Assembly (NCBI GenBank): GCA_951406725.2
Contig: OX597836.1
Span: 28,520,001-28,584,000, forward strand
Reading direction: 5' to 3'
Source of the DNA: Octopus vulgaris
Taxonomy: Eukaryota
DNA: 64,000 nucleotides
Part shown: positions 53,968 through 63,625 of the stretch, in pieces
Numbering within the stretch: the stretch's first letter is position 1
How the letters are laid out: each line of letters starts with the position of its first letter
The notes under the pieces: model-generated
The model's database searches: none
Seen by the model: the letters and a program-made list of their open reading frames with translations, nothing else
Told to the model about the DNA's origin: nothing
Translations under genes and position numbers: made by a program

Positions 53968-56111
53968 TTCAGTAAAAATTTAGATTCAGATGAATATGGT
54001 ACTTAAGTTAAAGGCACCAGAATTTAGTATGGTATTATCCATATAATTCAAAATGTGGTGATTATAATCAAAATAAGTAACAAGGATATAGTGATGATAC
54101 CTCTGGATATCCCTGTTGCTTATTTTGATATATATATATATATATGACAGGCTTCTTTCAGTTTCCGTCTACCAAATCTACTCACAAGGCTTTGGTTGGC
54201 CTGAGGCTATTGTAGAAGACACTTGTCCAAGGTGCCATGCAGTGGGACTGAAACCAGAACCATGTGGTCAGGAAGCAAACTTCTTACCACACAGCCACTC
54301 CTTGTTTATATTTTGGAGCAAGTAGCCTCCTAAATAGGTTGCCTTTAGAGAAGCCATCTCTCGACTAAAGATGGTGGTGATAGTGGTAGTGTTCATGGCG
54401 ATGATGATGATGATAGAGGGAGAGACTGGTTCATGTTAGTAATAGTAGCAATGATGGTCAGGATGGTGGTTGTGGGGATGGTGATGGTAGTGGTGGTGAT
54501 GGTGGTAGTGATAAAGATGATGGTGATGGTGGTGATGGTCATTGTGAGTGACAGTGATGATAGTGGTGATGATGATGGTGGTGGTGATGACAATGACGAT
54601 GGTGATAATGACGAGAGTGGTGATGGTGGTGGTGCTGTTGGTGATAGCAATGGTGGTGACTTGTAGTAGTGACACAGATGATGGTGATGGTGAAGGTGGT
54701 GGTGATAGTTGTGATGGTGACTGTGGTGGTGATACAGATGACAATGATGGTGGTGGTGATACAGATGACAATGATGGTGGTGGTTGTGGTGATAAAGATG
54801 ATGATGATGATGATGATGATAGTGATGATGGTGTTAGAGGTGGATTTACTGATAGTGTTGACTTCAGTAAATTATGGTGTTGATGGCAATATTAAGTGTG
54901 CAACTTTCTTGGAATGCATCAGACTTCTTGCTGGAAGAATATTTGATGTACATATAAGAACTGTGCACTCATGTTGCAGCATTGCATTAAAGCTCATTGC
55001 CAGAATAATTTAGCTGCAGTAAAGTGGCAAAAATGCATTTCGATAAGGGGCAGGAAAGGAATTTAGGAACCTTGGCCTTCCTAAAGGTTTAACTGTTATT
55101 GGTGTTGAAGTTGCTTTTTTGTGCATTTACCAGGGTAGAAATGGTTGCATAAATTGTGCAGCCGAGCAGAGTGGCGCACTAAATGGTGAATAAAAACAAT
55201 GAGGAGCTGGAGGGGAGGAGGAGCTGGAAGGGGAGGAGGAGTTGGAAGGGGAGGAGGAGCTGGAAGGGGAGGATGAGCTGGAAGGGGAGGAGGAGTTGGA
55301 AAGGGGAGAAGGAGTTGGAAAGGGGAGAAGGAGTTGGAAAGGGGAGCTGAAGCTAGAGGAAAGGGAGCTGGAGGAAGGAGAGCTGGAGTGGAAGGGGGAG
55401 AAGCTAGAGTGGGAGGGGAGAAGCTGGAGTGGGAGGAGCTAGAGGAGGAGGAGAAGAAGAAGAAGAGGCAAGGAGAGGAGGGGAGGAGGAGGAAGAAGGA
55501 GGAGAAGAAGAGTGAAATAAACAACTGACCATTGGCTTCGCTGGTGTTTTTGGAGTTTATCTTATAACTGCATTGCATCTCATCACTTTTATCCTTGCAG
55601 TCGAACCAACCATCGCAGATGTCATCCAATTCTATGCAGGTTCCGTCACCACAACGGAAGTTGGTTGAAGGACACCCTGCAAGAAAGAGGTGTTAGGTGT
55701 AATAAAAATAGTTGAACATGTACGTCTGTGTATAGATGGAGAAATAGACTGACACATATCAACACATATAGATGTTTTAGTGAGCAAGCTAAAACTTCAA
55801 AGTCACAGTCAACATTTTGTAAAACTTTGTGAATATTTCGTGTTTGGATTTGGTTTGCAAGATTCTCTATGTGAGTTCGTGTGTTGAAGCATATTCTATT
55901 ATTATTTACATTTGATGGACATAACCTCCAGCCTTCATCCGGTGTCTTGGAAAAAGTTTGAACCTGGGTTCTCATTCCTAAAGTAGTTTTTGATGTTATT
56001 ATTATTATTAATATTATCATTATCATTCAGGGGTATATGGTGTAGTGATTAAGAGCGTGGGCTATTAACCCCAAGATTCCGAGTTCGATTCCAAGCAGTG
56101 ACCTGAACACC

Positions 56112-56142
<31 letters not shown>

Positions 56143-56159
56143 GCAACAGCAGCAACAAC

Positions 56160-56211
<52 letters not shown>

Positions 56212-57908
56212 TCAAAAAATACCTTAGGAATGAGAACCCAGATTCAAAATTTCCCCAAGACACCTGAAGAAGACTGGAGGGTATATCAACTGAAATATTG
56301 TGTTAACAACAAACAAGATGAGGACAAATATCTGCTGAATGTAAATAATGTAAATATTGTACAGAATTCCTCATCTCTTAAATATAGAATTACTCCCAAT
56401 TCCCTTTCATCATTTCACCTTTGACTGGCACTCCGTTGATTATGACAATAAGGGTTCCTGCTGATCCACTCAACGAAACAGCCAGCTCGTGAAATTAATG
56501 TGCAAGTGGCTGAGTGCTCCACAGACATGCATACCCTTAACCCTTTCGTTACTGTATTTATTTTGAGATGCTCTGTGTTTCTTTCAATTATTTTAAATAT
56601 AACAAATAATTTAGTAAAATAACTTAGTTATCATTAAGCTAGTATTAGGAATATAAATTGCTACTAAGGTTTGGTGATATATTTTGATGCAAAACTTATG
56701 AAAACAAGACATTTGTACTACAGAGCCAGAGCCGGGTTGGTAACGAAAGGGTTAATGTAGTTCTCTGGGAGATTTAGCGTGACACAGAGTGTAGCAAGGC
56801 TGGCCCTTGAAATACACGTACTACTCGTTTCTGCTAGCTGAGTGAAATGGAGCAATGTGAAATAAAATGTCTTGCTCAATAATACAATGCACAGCCGGGC
56901 AATTGAACTGACAACCTTATGACCATGAACCAGATATTCTAACCACTAAGCCATGCACCATCACTTTACTCACCCAGTGGAATTCCAGCAAGATTTGAAA
57001 ATCAGATCAAATGCAGGAAGGCATTAAATGCAGTAACTCTGCCATTCCTGAAATGGTGACCACCACTGCTGCTGCTTCCACCACCGCCACCACCACCATC
57101 AGCAACACCACCACAACCACCACCATCAGCACCACCACCACACCACCACCACCACCACAACCACCACCACCACCACCACCACCATCATCAGCACCACCAC
57201 TGCTATTATCATCATTTGTGTCATTGTGATAACGCTGATGATGATGATGTGCTCTTAGATTTGCCCAAGACTATAAATTTGTAAGTGAAACTATTCAGCA
57301 ATATTGTAGTTCAATCTTCAAATGATATTTACTTGATGGTGCCCCAAGGGATAACCCCACCTCCATAGGACTACACAACCACATGGTATGAGATTTACCA
57401 TGTTTTCATTTGTACTTACTCGTCTCAGTCGGCCAGGAGGTTTGTTCTGGTGCAAAGCAGTCGGTTTCATCAGAATTGTCATCACAATGCGTCCATCCAT
57501 CGCAGCGGTTTACTTGGTGTATGCAGCCACCACTGGTGCAGTGGAAATGACCCGGAAGGCAACCTGGATTGGCAACAGAGACATGAGAGGAAGGATTAGC
57601 AAGCTTAAGCATTCGTTTATGGTGGCATGTCAATATATGTGTAGTTGTGTGTGGCCCAAAAGTAGGTTTACAGTCATCAAATAGACACTTCAAATTTCTT
57701 TTAAGACATTTTACTACATTTAAATTTCTATCTTTCAATTAACTGAATTAACATAGAATAATGGTTTCATATTTTTTTTTATAATTAAGATCTAAACTGT
57801 TAATATATGAATGCAAAATAGATAGTTGAATAACTGTAAACCTACTTTTGAGCCACTCTGTGTGTGTGTGTGTGTGTATATATATGTGTATGTATGTATG
57901 TATGTATG

Positions 57909-57951
<43 letters not shown>

Positions 57952-60900
57952 AGAATTCACAAAAAAAACCCAAAAGATGAAGACAGGTGGTGTAGAAAAC
58001 AAACAAATGTATTAATATAACCCTTGGGAATTGAAAAAATCTTTTACGTTTTGAGCCTATGCTCGTCCACAGAAAGAAACAAGGGGAGAAAAAATGTGTG
58101 TAGTGGCTACCGATCTATATATGTGTACACACATACACACATATATATACAGGGTGGCTCAAAAGTAGGTTTACAGTTATCACATAGGCACTTTAAATTT
58201 CTTTTGAAACATTTTATTACATTTAAATTTGTATTTTACAAACTGAAAAGGGAACTTGACAAAATTAACTAAATTAGTATAAAATAATTGTTTCATTGAT
58301 TTTATAATTAAGACCTAAACTGCTATGAATGTGAAAGAGAAAGTTGAATAACTAAAAACCTAGTTTGGGGCCACCCTGTATTTTTGTTGTTGTCTTGTGT
58401 ATATGTGTGTGTATGCATGTAGATGTGTGTGTGTGTGTGAAGGCATGTGGCTTAGTGGTTAGGGTATTCCACTCATAACCTTACGATCGTGAGTTCAGTT
58501 CCTGGTGGCACGTTGTGTCCTTGAGCAAGACACTTTATTTCACATTGCTTCAGTCCGCTCATCCTGTGTCATGCTGAATCCCACTGAGAACTACGCTAAT
58601 GTTATGCATGTCTGCGGAGGGCTCAGTGACTTGCAGTTTGATATCATAAGCAAGCTGATCCACAGATTGGATCAACTGAAACTCTTGTCATCGTAATTGA
58701 TGGAATGTCAGTTTTGTGTGTGCTGGTGTGTGTGTGTGTGTGTGTGTGCAAGTCCTGGGTAAGACTGTAAACTTCATCTGGTAGCAGGGCCCTGGTTTGG
58801 TAGTTCCAAGGTTTTGAGAAATGTGGAACCATCTCTTAGCCACACTTGTTTTCACATCTACTCAGACCCGGACTAATAGCACCTGTCAGGCTCCCAGCTA
58901 TAGGTTAATCAGTATATTAGGCCTTGCTTACCTAAGACTGGATCTGACAGACTCTGTGGAAGAAACCTTCATGGTTCAACAGGAAGGAAAGTGACTGAAG
59001 CAATGCATTGTGGAGTGTAGAGAAGATGATGCAAGACATCCTGGTTGTCTACTGCATCTGTCCCCATCCCTGTTTGTCTTGACCCAGCTTTGCCACTGGA
59101 TTGAAGATGGTCATAGGCAAGGGAGTGAGTTTGATGGTGCACAACTCTTCTTCACTCTGAACAAAGGCACTTCATAAGCCACTAATCATACTTAAGCATA
59201 ACAAGATGGTCTGACAGACAAATATAATGTGTGTGTGCATAGATGTGCATTTATGCGAGTGAGTGTATGTTTGTGTGTGTATGTGTTTGTAGCTATATAT
59301 ATATATATCACCGTGATCGACCAGGCTATCAGATGTTGCTACACATCGCTGGTCACAATGCGCTTTGCATTGTTTTAGCCTTCAAATGACGCCACCCCGC
59401 TGGCTAAGCGAGCAGTCCAACAGAAGAAAGAGTGAGAGAAAGTTGTAGCGAAAGAGTACAGCAGGGATCGCCACCATCCCCTGCCGGAGCCTCGTGGAGC
59501 TTTAGGTGTTTTCGCTCAATAAACACTCACAACGCCTGGTCTGGGAATCGAAACCGCAATCCTATGACTGCAAGTCCGCTGCCCTAACCACTGGGCCATT
59601 GCACCTCCACACACACACGCACACACACACATACATATATAACATCATAGGCTTTATTAGCGTCTTGCTCTTTTAACTTATCAACATCTTGATTTAGGGT
59701 CTTTCTCTACCCACCCTCCTTTATAGACAGTTATTTTCTAAATACTGACAATATTTATGACCATACCCAACTATAAACTGTCAACTCAGTCAGTCTATCC
59801 CTCCTAAACAGACACCGTCCTCTAGCTTTAGATTTGGTAGTTGATAAAAAAAGACTAATAAATTAAAAGTGAAACACAATCCTAACAAACTCCATACAGT
59901 TCTTAGAAGTGTGACATATTCTGAGTCACATTAGTAGCAACATGGACTTTCTCCCTCTTCTTGCTCTATCAGAGAATTTTAGTAAAATTATATTCATGTG
60001 TCCAACTGATTAAAAATTTTTTATTTATTTATTTATGCAGCTGAGGATAACCCTGCATTTAAATTGATGTAATGATTGCATTGTTCAATTAAATGGAGCC
60101 GCTTGAAATGGTCATACTGCATCACCTCTTGATATTCTGTTGCTTATTTTGATTATATATTTATATATATTTATATAGGAATGTATTGTGCGTGGAATAT
60201 CGAGTGTATGCAGGGGAAGAAGATTCACTTGTAATGAGTGTTGAATGTATCTCTGTTATAGATTTTATATGTCTCAATGCGAAGAGAAAGGTGCAGTGCC
60301 TACGGTCCTTAATAGGGCTTCCAAAACTAATAAGAGAGAGACTGGAAGGTACTCTTAAACTAGAGATCTGGTCTCTATGCTTGTATCAGAGTGGACCCTA
60401 TGAAATACACTAAAGGGGCCAGGGTACAGTGTTAAACTGGATGAGGGATGACAGCTGTCAATCAAAGGTAGATTTAGTGTGTGTGTGTTTGTAGCAGCCA
60501 TTATCTGCATGTGTTTGAGTGTGTGTATAACATAAATAGTCGTTTATTTGCCTCATGCATGCCAAAGCCTGTCATTCAAGGATCAGATTTTATAGACATC
60601 TGGGGGGCTAGTTCCCCTTTTTCATAATCTTAGGCCATGAAGGACTGCCATCATACATTATTTTCTGATCTCATGAGAAAATTCTATCTAGAGAGGACAA
60701 CCAGTAAAAAGTTTTGGAGATGTTTCACTTACAGGTAACTGATGGTAGATTGTAATTTTAGTGATGTGATCAACAGATAAATGATAGAGACTAGTTTCAA
60801 ATCTGATCAGTAGTTTCTTTTTCTTAATTAGTTTCTTATAAGGTCGAATATAGATTACATTCAATTCTTTGTGGTTAATTAAGTCTTTTATATTTTACAA

Positions 60901-62301
60901 AATTTAATTTCTTTTTACCTGAAATCCTTGGAAATTTTGCTGCAGTTGGTCTGATTTTGCGCAGGGTTGGTGTTGAAGGATTTTGTGAGAGAAAGGATTG
61001 TGTTGAAGAGTGCAACTTTTCCTGGTTTGCTAAAGGGGTTGTGGTAGGTTTCACAAAGGGAGAAGACGTGTGTAATACATCCGTAGTGAAAGGTTGTGTC
61101 ATTGGTTGTGATTCCTGAAGCGCATCCGTGTGGTTTAAAGAGATGTCAGAATTGACTTTGAATGGCTTTCTTGGGGTGGTGAGAGAAGCTTTACCTGATG
61201 GTGACGATGGCGATGTAATAAGGTGGTCAAATGTTGTGGAAGCAACAGTAGTTTGAACTGTTGGTGGTGGTTTCTTTGTAGTTGCAATGCAGTGTTTCTC
61301 ATCAGAAAGGTCCTGACAATCTGGCCAGCCATCACACAGTTTACTTTGGCTAATACACAAGCCATTTGGGCAATGGAAAGAACCACTTGGACAGAGCCCT
61401 GTGAAAAAACAGAAAGAGACACAAAGAGAGATATTATGATGAAATGTAGAAGGGATTCCATTTTTATTAGAAAGTCCTAAACATGGCAAGAAGCCACTTA
61501 GTGTAAGGGACTATGAAAAAGGAGAAATAAAAGATATGGTTTCAAATTCTGGCACAAGGCCAGTAGTTTGTGGAAGAAGGGGTTAAATCGATTAAATCAA
61601 CCTCAGTAGTCAACTGGTACTTATTTTATCGAACCTAAAAGGATTAAAGATGAGGTCGACTCTGGCCAAATTTGAACCCAGAACATGAAGACGGATTAAA
61701 TACTGCTAAGCATTCTTCCAGCTAAACCATCTTGTAGAAGGTATATAATGGTTTTTAATTTACATTTGTAATAGCTTTGCTGAGCTATTGTGTTTCAAGA
61801 GTTTTACTGTGCTACCATCAGCAAGAAGCTCAAAGTTCCAAGTTAGACGAGTACGTCCTTCTTATATTTAAACATTTTAAAATCAATTCTCAATTTAGTG
61901 GTCTTTGTGGTACCCGTTGGTGCTACTGTATGAGATTTTGTGCTGGAGATAAAATCGTTGCAGTAGCCTATAGTTATGTTAGGCACCTAAAATTGACTCA
62001 AACACTGTTGTGCTCATTTTTCAAAATATATTTCTATTCATTTAAAATACTCAAATCATTACAGTTGAATGAAGTGATTGAGACCAGGTTGAAAATGTAC
62101 ACACACACTCACATATGCATGCACATGCATTTATACACATACTTATATATTCACCTACACACATATGTACATACACACAATCATGCATCTATCTATCTAT
62201 ATATGTATGTATTTATATACACACGTGCATCTATCTATATATGCGTGTATATGTATATATATATATATATATACATACACACATATATATTTTACATACG
62301 T

Positions 62302-62375
<74 letters not shown>

Positions 62376-63353
62376 GCACATGCACTTATTGTGAAGCAGA
62401 AGGCATATAAACATGGTATATATATATATATGTATAAAAAATATATATAAAAATACAAAATGGGACAAGAACGCAAAACATTCAAATATACGACATATAT
62501 ATATATATATATTATCATCATCATCATCATATATATATATATATATATATATTACAAAGTAGTGCACAGATGGACAATAATTTAGACTCCGACTCCTTCA
62601 TCAAGGGCAAGAGTCTCTTGCATTCTGTTAACTTTGTAGAGTTAACAGATAGAACAACTCTTCATACCTGTTTTGTCTTTGTTCTTCGTCTGCGTGAGAG
62701 ATTGTGATTCTCCCACAGGTGGTACGATGCATTTTTCTTCATCAGATTTATCTTCACAATCTGGCCAGTCATCGCATCGTTGGTGCTGTGGAATACATCT
62801 GCCATTCTTACATTGGAACTGGTTGGAAAAACAAGCTGTTCAATGAGAATAATATCATTTGAGAGTCTTTTACTCTGTGGCAAGGAAAGTCGTGAAACAG
62901 TATGAAAAATAATGAAGTGGACAAAAGTGGGAAAGATCAACATTATAAGTATCAATTTATGTCAGCAAAATGAACAACAAGCTCAGCCACAAGACACAAA
63001 CCACTTATCTCTCTTTGCTGGACGACCAACTCATTGATTAGGTTACATTTGGTTAGGTTACCATTGATTAGGTTGTTGTTATCCAAATTCCAGTGATGGA
63101 ATTTAATTTCTTGTTTAGAAACCAAATTGATAATTAAAAAAAATATTTATAATGTATTAGCACATATATGTATGCATGTAGATATGTATGTAAGCATGTA
63201 TATATGTATGTATATATTTAAGTATGTATATATATATGCATGCATGTAGATATGTATGTAAGCATGTATATATGTAAGTATGTATATATATATATATATA
63301 TGTATGTATGTAGATATGTATGTAAGTATGTATGTATGTCTATATGTATGTAA

Positions 63354-63397
<44 letters not shown>

Positions 63398-63625
63398 ATG
63401 TGCAAACATGTATATAAAAATACAAAAATATGCATATTTATGTATGTATGTGTGTGTATGCATGTATATTGCAGATACCTTTTTTTGCTGTGATATTGGT
63501 TGTAGACCCAAACAAAGTGCAGTTGAATTCATCTGATTTGTCCAGGCAGTCTGGAAGACCGTCACAGAATTTGTTTCCGCTGACACAAACACCATCCAAA
63601 CAGGGCTTAAATCCATCAATGCAGC
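15083..63625 (-). CDS. Multi-exon gene (5' part outside window): corin-like mosaic serine protease, LDLa x8 - Frizzled CRD - LDLa x6 - SRCR - S1 peptidase
   Basis: 26 exons with GT-AG boundaries join in one frame (3767 nt in window) ending in a stop; domain motifs are listed per exon. Confidence 0.9.
15312..15973 (-). mobile_element. Tc1/mariner deletion derivative with nested SINE (about 15393-15695)
   Basis: TA TSD; TIR CAGGGTGATTCAAAAGTC; minus-strand remnant [19 protein letters not shown]. Confidence 0.8.
16380..16772 (-). mobile_element. Mariner 5' remnant
   Basis: [23 protein letters not shown] resembles the mariner HTH/GRP motif; terminal TA-CGAGGTGGTATCAAAAAGT. Confidence 0.7.
16939..17084 (-). 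CDS. Protease exon ([22 protein letters not shown]...[15 protein letters not shown])
   Basis: ctccag acceptor, gtgagt donor, phase 1-0; LCAG motif. Confidence 0.92.
17203..17629. mobile_element. MITE with 8-bp TSD (Merlin/hAT-like); second copy 33173-33584
   Basis: TIR GGATCTTTTCGGTTTGAAC; TSD cagaaatt here and taaaattc at the second copy. Confidence 0.85.
18020..18309 (-). CDS. Protease exon with catalytic Asp (…HPDIAMLHL…IKPICMP…CYLTGWG…)
   Basis: ctacag acceptor, gtaagt donor, phase 2-1; DIAML, PIC and GWG motifs. Confidence 0.93.
19430..19615 (-). mobile_element. Gypsy/Ty3 integrase C-terminal (GPY/F) relic
   Basis: [15 protein letters not shown]…FTIDLNG…[11 protein letters not shown]. 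Confidence 0.75.
20321..20501 (-). CDS. Protease exon with activation site and catalytic His ([14 protein letters not shown]|[14 protein letters not shown]…[17 protein letters not shown])
   Basis: ttttcag acceptor, gtctgt donor, phase 1-2; IIGG, WPW and TAAHC motifs. Confidence 0.95.
20652..21034 (+). mobile_element. Full-length tRNA-derived SINE (relatives at about 15393-15695 and 59309-59610)
   Basis: A box TGGCCCAGTGG, B box GGTTTCGATTCC; 14-bp TSD agtggtgtttgtag at 20638-20651 and 21035-21048. Confidence 0.85.
22303..22349 (-). CDS. SRCR domain C-terminal exon ([15 protein letters not shown])
   Basis: tag acceptor, gtaagt donor, 47 nt phase 2-1; C-x-S-x-x-V-V-x-x-x-C as in TMPRSS/corin SRCR ends. 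Confidence 0.85.
23162..23435. repeat. Long palindrome (~125-bp arms, short loop)
   Basis: cagcgtggaaggtgtttataagcc… is the reverse complement of …ggcttataaacaccttccacactg. Confidence 0.9.
23849..23959 (-). CDS. SRCR domain middle exon ([36 protein letters not shown])
   Basis: ccctag acceptor, gtaagt donor, 111 nt phase 2-2, bridges neighbouring exons in frame. Confidence 0.8.
24740..25300 (-). mobile_element. SINE/LINE-tail repeat with internal tandem subrepeats (copies near 2980-3225, 3975-4400, 28645-28880, 30240-30620, 43470-43710)
   Basis: Shared ggatgcccttcctaacaccaaccact core and (CAT)n/(ATG)n tail in at least 6 copies. Confidence 0.7.
25637..25772 (-). CDS. SRCR domain N-terminal exon (…[20 protein letters not shown]…)
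   Basis: tttcag acceptor, gtaagt donor, phase 1-2; V-C-x-x-x-W-S-x-x-x-A-x-x-V-C motif. Confidence 0.88.
25900..26570. repeat. 20-bp minisatellite (tggtgtggaaatacagatag/tca)
   Basis: More than 30 tandem units without spacers. Confidence 0.95.
26620..26733 (-). CDS. LDLa exon ([36 protein letters not shown])
   Basis: 6 Cys + acidic DCxDxxDE motif; cag/gtaagt; 114 nt phase 1-1. Confidence 0.92.
27000..27500. repeat. Second array of the same 20-bp minisatellite with a higher-order duplication
   Basis: Same unit; block …tttgaaaatacagaatgtgctgtggaaagagagattatgatgtgga occurs twice. Confidence 0.9.
28293..28376 (-). CDS. Thr-rich linker exon ([27 protein letters not shown])
   Basis: ttttacag acceptor, gtatta donor, 84 nt phase 1-1; mucin-like composition. 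Confidence 0.7.
29215..29322 (-). CDS. LDLa exon ([35 protein letters not shown])
   Basis: 6 Cys LDLa pattern; ttccag/gtaagt; 108 nt phase 1-1. Confidence 0.92.
29345..29538 (+). mobile_element. Mariner 3' remnant
   Basis: [30 protein letters not shown] resembles the mariner C-terminus; ends …gctgaccctc. Confidence 0.7.
29994..30075 (-). ncRNA. Type-I hammerhead ribozyme motif (Penelope-like minimal form)
   Basis: Minus strand reads CTTTC-CTGATGA-GAA…TTC-GAAA-CATATG-TC-GAAAG: stem I CTTTC/GAAAG, intact core, palindromic stem III, GUC triplet. Confidence 0.7.
31052..31159 (-). CDS. LDLa exon ([35 protein letters not shown])
   Basis: DCGDNSDE motif; ctacag/gtaagt; 108 nt phase 1-1. Confidence 0.92.
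31918..32025 (-). CDS. LDLa exon ([35 protein letters not shown])
   Basis: DCDDHSDE motif; ttcag/gtaagg; 108 nt phase 1-1. Confidence 0.92.
32347..32586. mobile_element. Tc1/mariner-type MITE (similar type at 58150-58378 and about 57650-57860)
   Basis: TA-CAGGGTTGGCCAAAA…TTTTGGCCAACCCTG-TA. Confidence 0.75.
32887..32997 (-). CDS. LDLa exon ([36 protein letters not shown])
   Basis: DCRDNSDE motif; cag/gtaaag; 111 nt phase 1-1. Confidence 0.92.
34213..34326 (-). CDS. LDLa exon ([37 protein letters not shown])
   Basis: 6 Cys LDLa pattern; cag/gtaagt; 114 nt phase 1-1. Confidence 0.9.
36037..36075 (-). CDS. Probable linker micro-exon ([12 protein letters not shown])
   Basis: tttgcag acceptor, gtaata donor, 39 nt phase 1-1, open; no domain motif so optional. 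Confidence 0.55.
36587..36697 (-). CDS. Frizzled CRD second exon ([36 protein letters not shown])
   Basis: tttcag/gtgagt; 111 nt phase 1-1; supplies the last 3 of 10 CRD cysteines. Confidence 0.85.
37215..37555 (+). mobile_element. CR1-type LINE 3' fragment
   Basis: Translates …[20 protein letters not shown]…FKVSLD…, the CR1/L2 ORF2 C-terminal motif. Confidence 0.7.
38548..38784 (-). CDS. Frizzled CRD first exon ([25 protein letters not shown]…HSC…[10 protein letters not shown]…TCKHICD)
   Basis: C-x-P-x-x-x-x-x-C-x-x-x-G-Y-x-x-T-x-x-P-N-x-x-G Frizzled signature; cag/gtaagt; 237 nt phase 1-1; absent from the ORF track. Confidence 0.92.
40675..40701 (-). CDS. Probable linker micro-exon (PASEETPS)
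   Basis: ttcttgttgcag acceptor, gtgaga donor, 27 nt phase 1-1, open. Confidence 0.55.
41745..42115. repeat. 15-bp minisatellite (cactcaacatgg/tc..)
   Basis: About 24 degenerate tandem units. Confidence 0.9.
42298..42429 (-). CDS. LDLa exon ([43 protein letters not shown])
   Basis: 6 Cys LDLa; tttcag/gtaagt; 132 nt phase 1-1. Confidence 0.9.
44246..44398 (-). CDS. LDLa + linker exon ([50 protein letters not shown])
   Basis: DCPDASDE; tag/gtaagc; 153 nt phase 1-1. Confidence 0.92.
44705..45140 (-). mobile_element. Tandem copies of a third tRNA-derived SINE family (also about 10040-10455, 14425-14630, 18575-19145, 40020-40395, 42580-42905, 61540-61720)
   Basis: Shared gacccc…gtacttaatttatcgaccc…gaatttgaactcagaac…ctgccagctc core. 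Confidence 0.75.
46235..46653 (-). mobile_element. tRNA-derived SINE of the most abundant family (copies about 318-725, 3258-3535, 5445-5840, 21830-22210, 34928-35290, 54145-54300)
   Basis: Reverse complement of the 47202-47606 copy; (AGTAAAAG)n tail and internal (TA)n. Confidence 0.85.
47202..47606 (+). mobile_element. tRNA-derived SINE, full length
   Basis: Head aggcgcaggagtggctgtgtggtaag…ggattcagtccc, CORE-like ccttgggcaagt, tail gaaacatgtaaaagag. Confidence 0.85.
48110..48926. repeat. 24-bp minisatellite, 34 units (tgatgaaccaatgacaaacctttt)
   Basis: Contiguous units without spacers; several frames open. Confidence 0.97.
48937..48969 (-). CDS. Possible 33-nt linker micro-exon ([10 protein letters not shown]) with GC donor, or start of an alternative read-through exon
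   Basis: cttttaaacag acceptor (48970-48972); CAG|gcaggt GC-type donor gives phase 1-1. Confidence 0.3.
51577..51720 (-). CDS. LDLa + linker exon ([47 protein letters not shown])
   Basis: DCDDKTDE; aag acceptor, gtagta donor (weak, 3' edge uncertain); 144 nt phase 1-1. Confidence 0.85.
52016..52265. repeat. Long inverted repeat (~115-bp arms), Penelope-like terminus
   Basis: Near-perfect reverse-complement arms around a ~13-nt loop; contains a degenerate hammerhead core. Confidence 0.85.
52868..52904 (+). ncRNA. Minimal hammerhead-like motif
   Basis: ATAT-CTGAAGA-A-GGAAT-ATT-ATTCC-GAAA-TATC-ATAT. Confidence 0.45.
53050..53580 (-). mobile_element. Degenerate RTE-type LINE ORF2 3' fragment
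   Basis: Minus-strand translation with [15 protein letters not shown]…GRPLLHFKD motifs and internal stops. Confidence 0.65.
55530..55676 (-). CDS. LDLa + linker exon ([48 protein letters not shown])
   Basis: DCKDKSDE; ttgcag/gtcagt; 147 nt phase 1-1. Confidence 0.92.
56541..56751. mobile_element. piggyBac-like MITE nested in a SINE
   Basis: TTAA-CCCTTTCGTTAC…GTAACGAAAGGG-TTAA. Confidence 0.8.
57420..57563 (-). CDS. LDLa + linker exon ([47 protein letters not shown])
   Basis: CDDNSDE; ccag/gtaagt; 144 nt phase 1-1. Confidence 0.92.
60919..61398 (-). CDS. LDLa + long mucin-like S/T/P linker exon ([35 protein letters not shown]…)
   Basis: DCQDLSDE followed by ~120 aa S/T/P-rich sequence; cag/gtaaaa; 480 nt phase 1-1. 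Confidence 0.88.
62668..62835 (-). CDS. LDLa + linker exon ([35 protein letters not shown]…)
   Basis: DCEDKSDE; cag/gtatga; 168 nt phase 1-1. Confidence 0.92.
63479..63625 (-). CDS. LDLa + linker exon ([35 protein letters not shown]…); most 5' exon seen in window
   Basis: DCLDKSDE; cag/gtatct; 147 nt phase 1-1. Confidence 0.92.

Noticed and set aside
56974-57047. Apparent minus-strand exon with good cag acceptor and gtgagt donor
   Set aside because: Stop codons in all three frames; could only be a poison exon and there is no evidence for that
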